From contig CM052816.1 of the NCBI GenBank assembly GCA_028534125.1, forward strand, positions 13,952,001-14,016,000: a stretch of 64,000 nt of DNA, given 5' to 3'. Position 1 is the stretch's first letter. Each line of letters starts with the position of its first letter. The notes beneath the pieces are model-generated. The model saw only the letters and a list, made by a program, of their open reading frames with translations. It had not been told where the DNA came from and ran no database searches. A program made the position numbers and the translations under genes. Positions 51,200 to 64,000 of this stretch are shown here, piece by piece. This DNA is from Lama glama (taxonomy: Eukaryota).

Positions 51200-51641
51200 T
51201 GTAGTGGGTATAAAGGTGACTCCTAAAAATGTATGTCCATGGTCAAATCCCCAGAAACTATGAATGTAACCTTATTTTGGAAAAAGTCTCTGCAGATTTG
51301 ATTACATTAAAAATCTTGGATTATCCAGGCAGGTCCTAAATCCAATGCAAGTGTCTTTATAGAAGGCAGAAAAGGAGAAGACACAAGAGAAGAGGGGAAG
51401 ACCATATGAAGGCAGAGGCAGAGACTGCAGTGATGCAGCCCCAAGCCCAGGAACGCCGGAGCTGCCGGGAGCTGGAAGAGGCAAGGAAGGACCCTCCCCT
51501 GGAGCCTTTAGAGGGAGTGCAGCTCTCAGACACCTTGATTTCGGACTTCTGGCCTCCAGAATCATAAGAGAATAAACTTCTGTGGTTTTAAGCCACCAAG
51601 TGTGTGGTCATCTGGTATAGCAGTCCTAGGAAACTAATATA
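51200..51641 (+). mobile_element. MLT1C-like solo LTR nested in a MIR
   Basis: Runs from TGTAGTGG to AATAAACTTCTGTGGTTTTAAGCCACCAAG...AACTAATATA. MIR halves lie at 51120-51199 and 51642-51775. Confidence 0.85.
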
Positions 51642-52779
51642 AATCCTGTTTTCCCAGATATAGAAACTGAGCACAGAAAATAAAGTGACTTGTCTAAGTT
51701 CACAAAGCCAGTAGATGGCAGAACTGGAATCTGAACCCAGTCTGGCATGAAGTCCTGGCTCTTAACTATTACATTCATTCCTGAAATTTTATTTCTTGAA
51801 CACCTACTATGTGTTGTGTGTGTTAGATGCTAGGGACATAGCTGTAAAGAAAAGAGATAAAGTTTCTCTTGACGCTTACGTGGGAACTAAGGTTCAGAGA
51901 AGGCAAGTCGTTGGTCTAAGGTCATATAATTGGTGGAGCTGGGATGTGAACACGAGCATTGTGACTCTACTCCCTAAAACAGAATGGGAGCCACTGGCCT
52001 AGGTGCCCTCTGTAAACAAAAGATGGGCAAGTGTGATGGACAACAGCAGCTGTCCCCTCTACCTCTGAGCAGGGTCCCTGCCCGTAGGGTTCACTGAGGC
52101 TGCCTTGTGACTGTGCAGCCAACTGGTCTACTAGGAGGCAGAGGCTGGGCCCCTTCTCTGCCATCAGGATGGCCTAACCTGCAGGGAAAACGGCTTGAAG
52201 AGGTGGTTAACATCTACGCTGCCCCTCGAGGTTACAGACAAGCTACGACCTTTGAATTAACTCTTCCAGCACCAGGGTCAGCTTTGTTCCTCAGTTTGCA
52301 CTGAAATGATCTGAATTCCACCTGGAGAACAAAATGACTTATTAAGTGAAACCAGACATCATTCCTCAGGTCCAGAGGTAAAAGCTCCGAGTGGTGCATC
52401 TGCACTTTCAATGAAGCAGAGATGTTGTGTTCTGGGACTTCCGACACCTAAAGACACACATATTTGAGAGGATGAAGGTGCCAGAAAGGGCCGGAAATGT
52501 GTTTTTACATTTTTTTTTCCCTTGGAGGGAAAAAGAAAGAAAGAAAAAGGTAGGTTAGCCTGCATAAATGTGGTGCAATTTCCTTTTCTGAACTGAATTT
52601 AACTAGACTGATTGCAAAAGCAAAGAAAGCCAAGAATGAGGGGAATCAAAGAAGGAAAGAAAGAGGGAAGGATAGAAAACAGAAAAATAGGGAAGTCCAG
52701 CCAGAAAAGGGAAAGAAAAATATGAGAGTAAAGTGGCAAAGGAGACAGTGATCGAAGAAGGTAAGGAGAAAATAAAAGA

Positions 52780-54860
52780 GAGACAAAAATCAAGATGGGT
52801 AGCCAGAGGGAACACCCGGAATAAAGATGGTGATTTTTGTGTGTCAGTTTCCAAATGACCCTCCACCTGGGGCTCTGGCCGCCCCCTCCCTTCCGCGGTT
52901 GCTCAGGGGACTCTCTATCAGTCTACTGAAGAGGCAGGAGGCTATCAGTTTACAAGAAGAGAGGAAGCAGGGGAAGAGGAAAGAACACAGACAAATTACT
53001 AAATGAGAAAGCCAATTACCCAGTGCGCCATACTTCAAGCTGTCAGTAGGCTGCGATTCCTCAGGCACCTTTGAGCAAAGCGGGACTCAGAACTCTAGAG
53101 TCCACTGCCATCTGGCCTCTCCAAGAAGATAATCAACACAGACTTCCTCCAGCCACACATCCCATGGCCGGCATCCTGAATGAAACCTTTCCAAGTCAGA
53201 GGCCACTAGGACAGGACCACTGGATCACAGGATGACAAAAGCAGAGGAGGTCTCCAAACACAGCTGCCCAGGAGTCGTTTCAGTTTCCTATTTGTACCAA
53301 AGACAGGGCTGATTTGGAGCCTCCTGCTGACTTCTCGACCAGCCACGAACGTAAAAGCCAAAAGCAACAGACATTCGCTTCAGTCCAGAAGCGGAGGATG
53401 GCGTGGGGGTGAAACACCTTTTGTGTCTGCCAAAGGCCAGTACACGGAAGGCAGTTCAGCACACAAGTGACTTAGCTGATGGGGAGTTCTTTATTTTCAC
53501 ATAAAACCTTTACAAAGCTTGATGCAGCACAAGGTAAATGCCACCTCATGTGGCCCCAGAGGCTGACAGGGCACTGGTGGGTCCCCGTACAATCTGACAT
53601 GGGGAAGTGAGGGCAGAGTGAGGTCAGACGAGGGATCAAAACGTCTGGCAAAGAATCCTGTTAGTCAGTGGCAGGTCCCACTTTGCAGGAAATACGAGTG
53701 CCGTAGGAGAGCCGGGGCACCGAGCAACCGGCGGCAGCATGCTTACATAACATCTCCATCTTGAGGAAGCGGCCAGACTCCCTCCAGCCGCGGAGACTTC
53801 TGCAAAGTTTAAATTTATGACAGACTACATTTTCTTGTTCCCTGAACAAAGTCACATAATGTGACTGGCTTGAACCTCAAGGAAAGCCAAGAGCCTCAGG
53901 AAAAGGAAATTGTCAGGTGTGCAGTGATAAGTTTACCTGGGGGATAAAAGACGCTGACCTTTCAGTGATTACTACATCCTTAAATCCCTCTGGAAGCAGG
54001 AACGGTAAATCAGCCTGTCCCCTCTCCGGCCGGCCGCGTAACTCTATAAATGCCTCTCCCTCCCCATCCAGACCGAGGGCTGCAGCTCTGGAAGACGTTT
54101 CCAGCGGCTGCCCCGCCCACGTCATGATCTACAAGGTGAAACTGACTAGTTACATTCAGTTTCTGTCACAATGTCACTCGGTGTGAGGCCAGTGGCCGAC
54201 CTGCATCCAAGTCACCAGGAGGCTTGGGGATTATATGCACGGCTGAACTGCAAGTTTTCGGGTGCGGGGACCAGGGATCCCCATTTGCAGAGTACCTCTG
54301 CTGGGGGTTCCACAGCCCCCCCAAGTTTGACAAACGGCTCTTGTATCACATGCTGTCTATGGAACCCTTCCTTCTCGTTCCCCTCCAATCTCATCCAGCC
54401 TTTCTTCTTTCCTCCCTGCCTCCCGCCCTCCCTCCGTGACCACCTTCACGTGAGGCACGGTTTTGCATGCTCGAGGTACCGAAAACACAGAGCTCACCCT
54501 GAAAACGGCTGCAGCCAGGAAACAGGCACCAATGGACACACGTTCCTATAACACGACTCGAAAAGCTCCTGCCGGGCCAGGAGAAGGTGAGTTTGGCTCC
54601 CTTGTGTGAAACGCAGTACTTCAAAAATATAAATATATCTGAGGAAACGAAAACACACACTTAACAATCACAAGCAAGTCCTAGTCACTTTCCTGGGCAA
54701 TTTACTGTGGGGAAAAAAAAATGTGTACACAAAATGACATTTATCCAGTTTATCAATAATTCTGTGCTCCCTACGTCACCCTTACTTAGTTCTTTAATTG
54801 TGACGTCCCACCTTCACACGATGTGAAGAAAAAAACCCACTTAGGTCCATGCCAAGGGCA
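52780..54860. promoter_or_regulatory. Candidate promoter/enhancer cluster
   Basis: About 2 kb, repeat-free and CpG-enriched. Motifs: TTACATAA 53743, GAGGAAG 53763, TGATAA 53925, TATAAA 54045, GC box 54111, CCACGTCA 54117, TCACGTGA 54446. Confidence 0.5.
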
Positions 54861-55838
54861 TTACCATCTGAATGCGTGAGTTTACTGGTGGCAGGAGAGC
54901 CCCCCCCTCGGTGGAGGCCAGAGACTTGTCACACACGGGCGGGAGTCTCTCTGAGCCTGTGTTCTCCACTCACAGGTGGCAAGAAGACTGTGGCAGAGAA
55001 AGCTACAGGGAAGTGACTATGCAGGTGGTCATGAGACAGTGATGTCCACCCTCTCTTCTCGTTATACCAACACGTCCCACGAGACAGGAAACACAGCGGC
55101 TCTGAATTACATTCTGGCCCTACAGTGATCCCAATATCTTGCTTAAGGCAACACAGACCAGATACTCTGCTGTGTTGGGAAGAGACACTGATACACTTTA
55201 TCAGAGCCCTGGGGAGCTAAGAAGCAATTTCCGTCTCTGCAGAGGAACTCAGTCCTGAGATTCCCAGCTGATCTCCATCTTGGCATGAGTTTGGGATCCT
55301 GTCCCCATCCTTTCCGGGTTCATGGTCTCCATCCCTCTTACCCACAACACTGTCCTTCGCTTGCCCTCCTTCCCTGCATGTTTTCAACCACCAGAAGCTT
55401 TCAAATGAGAAGGCAACAAACTCCTTGTCCAAGTCCTGCATGAAGTTCAGTTCTACAAATAATCAGGGAGAAAGAGCTCCAAGAATTCCATGTCAATCAT
55501 AAAGCATGCTTGTGGGGAATATTGGTTTCCTCTCAGACAAAGAAAGCCAGCAGGCAGTGCACACCGTGGCGGGTTCAGGAGGTGGCAGCAATGTGGTTTC
55601 AGCTCTGCTGATCCAACTTAAACAAGAGAGGAATGGACCAGAAGGAAACCCTGCCTGATAACTATTAAAAAATTCCACTGCTTGGTAAGAAACAACTTAT
55701 TTCCTGTGAGGTGGGAAGCTGGGCACGCCATGAGCTGAGCTGTACAGCAAACCTGCCTTGGGAAGGAATCCACTGGTTCCTCCAGTCAAATGCTATCACG
55801 TTTCTGCCCATTTGGAGTTTGGATAAAATGCCCTACTA

Positions 55839-55969
55839 TAGTGGTTTTCAAACTCTGCTCCACAGCCGTGTTCCCATTTGTCTGTTCCACTACCTCCAGC
55901 CCCTGCCTAGGCAGCAGGGTGTCAGATCAAGAAAATTAACAAACAACTCAAAAAGCTTGAAAACCACTA
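55839..55969. mobile_element. 131-bp hAT-type MITE
   Basis: Perfect 13-bp terminal inverted repeats TAGTGGTTTTCAA and TTGAAAACCACTA. Confidence 0.65.
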
Positions 55970-56799
55970 GCCTCGCACAATAGTCCCCATGAGTTTTCAG
56001 GTGCTCGACCAAGATGAAAATGAGGAAAAAAAAAAAAAAAGAGGAAATCACTCAACCTCAATACCGCTATCGACCACATCAGGTTGGCCTAAATTCTAGC
56101 AACAGATCATGTGGACTCTGGCAGTTGCCAAATATTTGGACCAGTGTGGGGTGGGCTAGAGAAATGCCTTTTTTAGGAAGACATTTTTCAGCCTCTTTCC
56201 ATTCTCCTGATTTATATAAAGTGATTTCTCAGAAAACCCTCAGCTGCTGATACACCTAATAAGGAAACCCTCTAAAGACTGAGACTGCATTTTTAGCATC
56301 TCAGGCTACATTAGAGACTTCAGAGGTCTTGAGTTCTGGGACCGTTTTTAACTGCCTCGGCTGCCTCTGATCTGCTGTCAATATCAGCCTTCAGTGACTG
56401 GCCAACGGGTGGACTCTCAGATCTGTTCTGTTGAAGCAGGTCCAGGAAGCTCCCTTAAAAACAGGATGGGCGGTTTCTTAGCAAGAACAAGGGGAGGGTT
56501 AAGAGTGTGATGGATAGTCCACCCAATATAATAAAGGGAATCCTCAGTTTTTAGAAAATCTTGTTTAGGGTTGGTCTTGGCCTTGAAGCTTTTCTAGGAA
56601 ACCATCTAAAGGCATCAGATGGACAAGTTTGTGGCTCATTACTCATGGGCAAGTAAAGAGGGCAGAGGTACGCAAAACTGGGGAAGGGAGAAAAGTAGCA
56701 ATTGTCTCCCCCCTCATCTTGCCCCCAGCTCTCAACCTCCTCTTTCAGCTTCTAGACTGGTGACTTCTCCGAAATCCTCAATCATGCTGTTTTCATCAT

Positions 56800-57020
56800 C
56801 CTCATCCTCATTTCTGAGCTCTTACTATGCGCCTGGCATTATGTTTCATACCCATTGCCTCGTTAATTCTCACAATACACCTGCAACGTGGATGATCATT
56901 ATCAGCATTTCCAGGTGAAAAATCTCAAGCTCACAAGTTCGAAATGACAATCCAGGTCACAGCTGGCAAGTGATGGCGCCAAGACTCAAAGTCACATCTT
57001 GAACTCCAAAGCCTGTGCAC
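56800..57020 (-). mobile_element. MIR
   Basis: Contains TTCTGAGCTCTTACTATGCGCCTGGCA...TAATTCTCACAA...GGTCACAGCTGGCAAGTG. Confidence 0.7.
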
Positions 57021-58774
57021 TAAAGCTAAGTCAAACCGATTCAGCAGTATAAAAATTTTTATTATAATTCGAGAAGATTTCAGTATATATGGCAAGAAAT
57101 GTATGAATACATAGATTCCTTGAATCAAGGAAAAAAAGGGGGGGGCGGGTAAGAAACCATTGATTTCATTAGTGACACAATGCTTGGAAGACTTCTCTTT
57201 GAAGGTTCCTGGGCCTGGCCCGGAATATGAAAGACAAAATAAAATACAAGAGGTGTGTTAAAGGAATCCCCTGGAACAAACTCCAAGTTTGGTTTCAGTA
57301 AACTGAGATGCCTAAGAGAAGTGTTCCAAAGTGACTAAAGAAGACAAAAAGCTGATATTAACATGTCCTCTGGTGTCATCTTTGAGGACTTTAAAGAATC
57401 TAGAAGTGGTCATAGAAGAGTTCATTCATAGTTTAAAAAAAAAAGAAAAGAAAGTCAAACCTGCACTTATTTATCCTAGTCTTTCTAAAGGTCCAGTAAA
57501 AGGAAAATATTCCTGTTGCCAATAACCTCTTTACCCTGTTTCTTCAGCACCAGGCTCCTGGATCAGGAGTGTGCAGCCTGGAATACACAGAAATGGTAAG
57601 AAATGGTAACAGACCTGTTACCTACCGCGATAACACACCTTACAGAATGCTCTGAAGATTATGAGGTTGTAAGCAATGTGATTATTAACTTGGTTCACAA
57701 ATGATTTGCAGATCTGAAGTTGGGCAGCATATGGCGCCAAAGTGGTTAAGGCAATTTGGTGGACAGTACAGAGAAAAAAAATGCTTTAGACTGACAAGAG
57801 ATCACCAAAGAGACCTGAATCCTTCTGTACCTAAAACAGACACAGCTCTTGCTGCCCACCAGAGCGGGTGGGTTAGAGCCCACTGACGGAGGCTCCACCT
57901 TCAGCTCAGATGGAATGCAACCAACCCCAAACCACATGTCAGAGGCAAACACCATCGGGAATCTTCCCCACGTAGGTCCAGGACATCCCCCATAACCATA
58001 GGTGTCGACTACAAACAGGGAGATTTGGGTTTGCAGAGTGACACACACATAGACAATACGAATACAGATACACATAACACGTGCAAGCAACATACTTCGC
58101 ATGTGTCTTCCAGAGAACAACGGCTTTCTTTGGAGGATGAAGGGTCAGATATGGGCTAGAAGGAAGTCTGCCCAAGGTAGCAGGGACTGAGAACTGTGCC
58201 TCTCAAGCCCACAGAGTCTCTTCTGTGGTTTGCTCACACAGAGTCTGTGTTCCAGACCCCTCAAGAGTTCCTGCAATGACACATGGTTCCCCCAGACTCT
58301 AGGACCTTTCTGCTGACACTGCCTGGGGTAAATTATTTGTCTCCAAAGACCCTAGCCTTAGGGTATCCATCATTTTCTTGTCAATTATGCTGCCTGATCC
58401 CTCCCTTATAAACTCCATTTATGGTAGTGTACACAGTCAATTGTCAAAGTTTACAAACTATTTTACTAAGGGGAGCCAACCACCTCAGGATGCCAGCCAT
58501 ACTCCAGATGGGTAATCAATCAAAGTAAATCCACATACTTGCCACAGAGGCAGGTATGGTGACAGTGTAAAGTTGAAAGCAGCCTAAATGTCTGTCAAAA
58601 AGGGAGGATGGATCATTAACCATGGCTTAGCCCAAAACGGAGAAAGAGCGAGGCAGATCCGTAGAGACTGACGTGGAGAAGCTCCAGGACTTCTTGTTGA
58701 GTAACAAAAGTAGGCAGCAGAATAATTCCTACCATATGATTTACATATCATAAGCAAAGTCACATGATTTACAG

Positions 58775-58776
<2 letters not shown>

Positions 58777-58836
<60 letters not shown>
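58777..58836. repeat. Compound (TC)n(AC)n microsatellite
   Basis: Direct reading of the sequence. Confidence 0.96.
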
Positions 58837-58838
<2 letters not shown>

Positions 58839-60616
58839 GTGAAGGCATATCAAGACCTGCGAGGCTACAAACCAATCTGAAAAACTTTGGGTCCTCTATA
58901 ATATGGGGGAAGAGCCCTTGGATTGGGGCTAGTGGTTAAAGGAAACTTCAGTCTTACCTGACATTTTCTGACTTTGTTTATGAGAACAATGTATTTATAC
59001 ACTACTTACATAATTAAAAATAATATTAAAATGTTTACATAAATCAGATAGGTCTTTTCTAGCAATGGGAAACCCTCCCCTTGAAAACACCTAAAAGAAA
59101 CAAAGTGTCTCCCCTCCGCCCCAGGAGACTGCCCTTGTCATTTCTCCCTCACGACAAGTACTTCCTGAGGGCCTACTGTGTACGAAGCCATGTTCCATAA
59201 ACTTGTCTCCTCCTGCAGCACAGGGCCTCCGACTCCAGTGTTTCTTCGTTCCCTAACTCTCCCTGGGACGTATCTCCTAAGTCCAAGCTCTTTTCCACTG
59301 AGGTTCCCCAGACACGTGAGCTCTGCTATTCAAACTCTGACCCTGAGCCTCAGCCCTCCCAGGAACCATCCATCCAGGCACTCAGCTCTTCCTCCAGAAA
59401 TATTAACACGACCATTGGCCGCAGTACCACATTTACTCCAACTCCTGATCTGAGGGGGAGCATTCCCAGGTCTATAAAGGCTAGGAGTGGGGGAGGGGTA
59501 TTCCCCACCTATCTCCCCCACCCAGCTCTCATAGTAGGAAGAAAACATAATGAAACACAGATTTCCCCACCTGAAAACTGGCCCTCTCCCCGTACTATCC
59601 ACAGAAACAGCAGATCATTATTTCGCAGTTTGGGATCTGCTGACCTCCCACCCAGGCATCCAGGTTCTGCTCCGGCTGCAGCTGACCCTGACGAGGTTTG
59701 GTTCTCATCTCAGCTTTACACCACGTCTCCGGGCCGAGCCTCCACTGCATTCTTCCTAGACTCTTTTTCAAAAAGGCCTATGGACCTTGCACTTGAAGGT
59801 CAGTTTCTATAAACTTGCCTTTCTCCGGTCTGCCTCCTAAACCAAAAAAGTGCCTGAGAGTGGTTTGGCAAGGGCACGATTCTCGGGGAGAAAGAGTTTG
59901 CGCATCAAGGGCTAAACATCAACACGCTTCCCTGGAAGGTCTCTTCTCCCCTGTGAATGGAGCCCAAGCGCAGACCTTGGCAGGACTCACACGTTAGCTC
60001 ATGACAGGTGTAGGCTTCATGCTGGTCGCCGCTGCATTTCCAGCAAAAGATCAGGGACGTGGGGACAGCTCCATGACACAGTAGGCTGGAACAGATTGCT
60101 TTGCAGAGATCTCTTCTGGCTGAAATAATTCCTTCTAACAACTTCCTTGACACGCTGTCAGGATGGCCTGTTTCCAAGGTAATGGCTGCTGCATAAGGAC
60201 CTAACAGACATCATCTGTGGTCTTGCAGAGAGGAAGTCACCAAAACAGCCCTGCTGCATTCTTCCAACAGAGCCACTCATTTATTCAGCGATGTTTACGG
60301 AATTGGGTGCCCTTGTCACACTCCACCACCGCCCAGCAGCCTCCCGTTCTTTCCGCATGGTGACATTGTTCACTTTTGACTCTAAATCAGAGGCTGCAAG
60401 CTCAAACATCTATGGCAGCCAGCCAAATAATATAAATGACCGAAGCAGGCCAGTGACAACCAGCGGGTACCAGCCCGTGTAAAGGAGAAGCTACTCTCAG
60501 CTCTAGGCCATGGTTTTGACTCCAGAATGCTTTTCTGGAAGAGTTTTTTAGCATATCTCTTCCGATCGAAATTAAGCTCAGAAACAATACCCTGATCCAT
60601 TGTCAGGATGATCCAT

Positions 60617-60916
60617 TTCCTGGGCTGAATGGTGTCCCCATAAATTCTCATCTTCCTGGATCCTCAGAATGTGACCCTTAGGAAACGGGGTCTTTGCAGA
60701 TGTGATCAGTTGAATAAAGGTGCGGTCAGACTGGGTGAAGGCGGACCCTAAATCCAACGACAGGTTTCCTTACACAGGAGAGACACAGAGACATAAACAC
60801 AGGGAGAGAAGAAAGCTTTGTGAAGACAGAGGCAGAGACTGGAGTGATGGGTCTACAAGCCAAGGAATGCTAAGTATTGTCGGCAACCACCAGAAGTGAG
60901 GAGAGGGGCACGGAAC
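60617..60916 (+). mobile_element. MLT1B/C-like LTR, 3'-truncated
   Basis: Contains GGGCTGAATGGTGTCCCC, CTCAGAATGTGACC...GGGTCTTTGCAGATGTG and GCAGAGACTGGAGTGATG. Confidence 0.85.
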
Positions 60917-61019
60917 CAACCGGCTTGGGGTGGGACTCCACTGGATTTTTTTTTTTTTTTTGGCTTTTAAAAGAGCAAAATCTTTCAGTGAAAGAGAAAG
61001 AAAGAAAATATGCTTTGGG

Positions 61020-61700
61020 CCTCTGTGCTACATGGCCTTCATCTGAACTGCCTCAGTGACTCCAGATCTAACCTGGCTCCTTTCAATACACTCTCAACAC
61101 TGCAGCCAGAGGGATCTTTAAGAAAACTCCAATCAGATGATGTCACCCATCTTCCTCAAATCCCTTAATGATGTTTACTGCTCTGCCAGTAAAGAGTAAA
61201 ATCCTTACCATGGCCCACAAGGCTCTGCAGGCTCGGCCCCTGCTCCCCCCTCACTCTGCCTTCCAGGCTCACGGCTTCCTCTAGGGCCTTGTGCACTCTT
61301 TGCTCTCTTTAACCGCAGGACATTTGCACATACTGGTTCTTTGCTTCAAACGGCCTCATCCCCTCAACCCCCACACCATGCACACAAATACATACACACG
61401 TGTACACACACACACACTCCTCTCACCTAACTAATGCCTCCTCATCCCACAGCTCTCAAGTCAGTCTCCATTTCCTCAGGAGAACTTCCCCTAACTCCTG
61501 CCCTATCCAGAGCTAGTCTAGCCTCTTTCAGATACTCTCATGGCGCCATGTTCCTTTCAAATTTAGCCTCTCCCACCTAAATGTATGTGGTCATCTGATC
61601 ATGTCTGTCAGACCGCCCTCGACCGTAAGCCCCACCCTCGCACCTAGCAGGTCCCTGCCACACGGCGCAGTCTCAGAGGAGGCACCACAGTGTTTCACCC
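61020..61700 (+). mobile_element. L2 fragment
   Basis: Contains CACTGCAGCCAGAGGGATCTTT, ATCCTTACCATGGCCCACAAGGC and CAGGACATTTGCACAT. Confidence 0.75.
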
Positions 61701-62562
61701 CCAGGGGTCCTGCACACCTGACTGTCTCCCTGCTCCAGGTTAAGCCATTTCTACAGCCTCTTAACTCCAACAGGCCTTCCTTGGCTTATACTTTCCTTAC
61801 AGAAAGAGTTCACACTTTGCACTGTTCCCTGAGGTTCACGTCTGTAGACGTCTTCTGCCCATTGGCCAACCCAGTGCGTTCATCACTGCATTACCCAATG
61901 CATGCTACAAAGTCTCCGTCATACTTATTACTTGTCAGGTCCTTAAAGGAGTATTTTTAAAACCTGCCCTGTAATGACAGTCGGGAGGCCTTGCAGAGTT
62001 GTATGGCTAGACTTCACGGCACAGCACCTCCGGCAGTGAGCCCAGGAGTCCGGGCCTGAATTCGCCTCGTGCTAGTTCTGTGTGATTTGGGACCAGATGG
62101 TTCACCTCATCGTGCCTTAGTTCCTTACCTAGAAGATAAGCTTTGGACAGTATCCACCACCGAGTGACAGTGGAAAGTGGAAAAGGCACACATGCTTCCT
62201 TTTGTTGACAGAGAGAGTCAACGCTCCTCCCTATATTAAAAATTCTAATAAAGAGAGCAGGTGATCTTTCCTAAGATGGAGATTTTTCAACATGGTTGAG
62301 GGTTGAGGGAACACTGGAGAAGTAATAATTCAAGATGTGAAAAAACTTAAGATGATTGAGGATCTGTTCGCCAAAAGCAAAGGAAGCGAGAGGAGCTAAA
62401 AGGCACACGTCAGGGAGGGGAGCTTTGGGCAGGAGGCCACTCCTCTGTAGAACCTGTTCTACTTCGTATGAAGACTTCGTCATAAATGCCAGGTTTTCCA
62501 CTGCCTGGTCTCTCCTCTCTTGTAAGTGCTTTGCTCAGATGGGTCTAAACTCAAAGTTTTAC

Positions 62563-62795
62563 CAGTTGTTCTCAAGTGAGGTTTATTTCCCCACCCCCAG
62601 AGACATCTGACAACGTCTGGAGACACCTAAGTTACGACTTAGGTGAAGGGAGGTGGGGGTGGGGGCGGGGCACAGGCTTCTGTTGGCATCCAAGGTAGAG
62701 GCCAGAGACCCCGCCACACATCCTACAATGCACAGCACAGCCCGCCTACCCCCCAGCAATGAAGCATCCAACCCAAGACATCCATTACATGTCAA
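62563..62795 (+). mobile_element. MER20 hAT MITE
   Basis: Contains CAGTTGTTCTCAA, GACATCTGACAACGTCTGGAGACA and TGGCATCCAAGGTAGAGGCCAG...ACATCCTACAATGCACAG. Confidence 0.85.
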
Positions 62796-64000
62796 CATCT
62801 AGGGCCCGGGACCTATATGCACAGACATCATGTCACAAGCTTGGGTAATTTAGTTCCTGCAGCATTTCCATTAGTCCATTTTTCCAAAGAAGAGCCTTTG
62901 ACAATAATCAATGTGTCTTAAAACTTTGTAGACCATAAAATAGTTTGCTCTGACCCAAACTAAATCTTTCATCCCTTCCAAACAGGCCCCCAAACCCCCC
63001 GTTGTGGCCATCGTCCTTCAGAAGGGACCACAGAGCCTCAAGGAAGCCCCAGTTGTTCAGTGCAGGCAGGAAATTTGTGGTTAATCACTTCAACCTGCTT
63101 TACTTTAACAGAAGATTTTTTTCTGAGACCTGTTTATTGTTCCGCTGCCTGGCTGCTCTGGAGTTATCTAGGGCCGAAGTCTTACATTTATTTGTAGAGT
63201 CGAAAAAGGTATATTTTTACTCTCACATCCCTTCCAAGTCCCTGAATTAGATTAGTGTGAACTTTCCAAAATAAATTCACCTTTGAGCTGAAACTAAGCA
63301 TGGAAAGTTTCAGCCCAAAAGGGCACCTTATTGGAAAATGAGGAGCAAAGGAAAGTGAGGATTATCATGGATATTTTAGTGTAACTTCAGCACTCACAGT
63401 TACAAAGGAGAGAGTATTTGTTATATAAAAGATTCTCTAACAGAGTTGATGTATGCAACCCAGGGTTGATGTTCCGTTCCCTTTCCTTCAGACTCTTAAG
63501 AAAAAAATAACTAGAAAAAAGAGAATGGAAAAATCAGCAAGCACATGTGGATCTAATTCTGCACCATGTCTCTGGTTAAATCCCAAGGAAAGAATGTTTT
63601 ATCAGAAGGAGAAAAGGGGGACAATCAGTAATAGGAAGGAAGACCTCTGATTCCTTCACTCCACAAACTTAATTGGCTGGATGGACCATGACTGTGGTCT
63701 AGCAGCGTCTGTCAACAACTCAAAGTTAACATTTTATGTGGATGGCCACTGTGATGCTTTCTTTCCTCCAGAAAAACATTCTCATAGCTGTGGGCGATTT
63801 GCAATATAGATAGATGTGAGGGCATTTGGAGCTTGCTTTTTCTTCTTGACATTCAACATGGAAAAATATTTCCCAATCACCTCCAACCCCTGAAAGATTC
63901 AAAATCTGAATGACTCTAAAGTATGCACCTTTTCAAACATCCATTCATCGCCGTAGCTGTGACTTTGTCCCATGAGACCCAAATAAAATACTATTAGTCG

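Overview
Eukaryotic, non-coding, repeat-rich mammalian DNA. It is very probably camelid (camel/alpaca/llama), because four tRNA-derived SINEs match the camelid Vic-1 type. I recognise no host protein-coding gene. The only ORFs I can assign are broken LINE-1 ORF2 pieces. A large share of the window is interspersed repeat: young and old L1s (several with target-site duplications, TSDs), L2 and MIR relics, MaLR (MLT1) and ERV1 solo LTRs, hAT MITEs (MER5, MER20) and microsatellites. Repeat family names come from recalled consensus sequences, not from a RepeatMasker run. The most interesting unexplained signals are three. (1) A chain of short minus-strand exon-like segments with consensus splice sites between about 22.4 kb and 6.8 kb, possibly an unannotated lncRNA, micropeptide gene or decayed small-exon gene. 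(2) A solo ERV1 LTR at 36528-37114 carrying a ~23-bp-period array of seven CCAAT-type units plus two perfect octamers. (3) Several repeat-poor, motif-dense candidate enhancers or promoters, notably at 52.8-54.9 kb.
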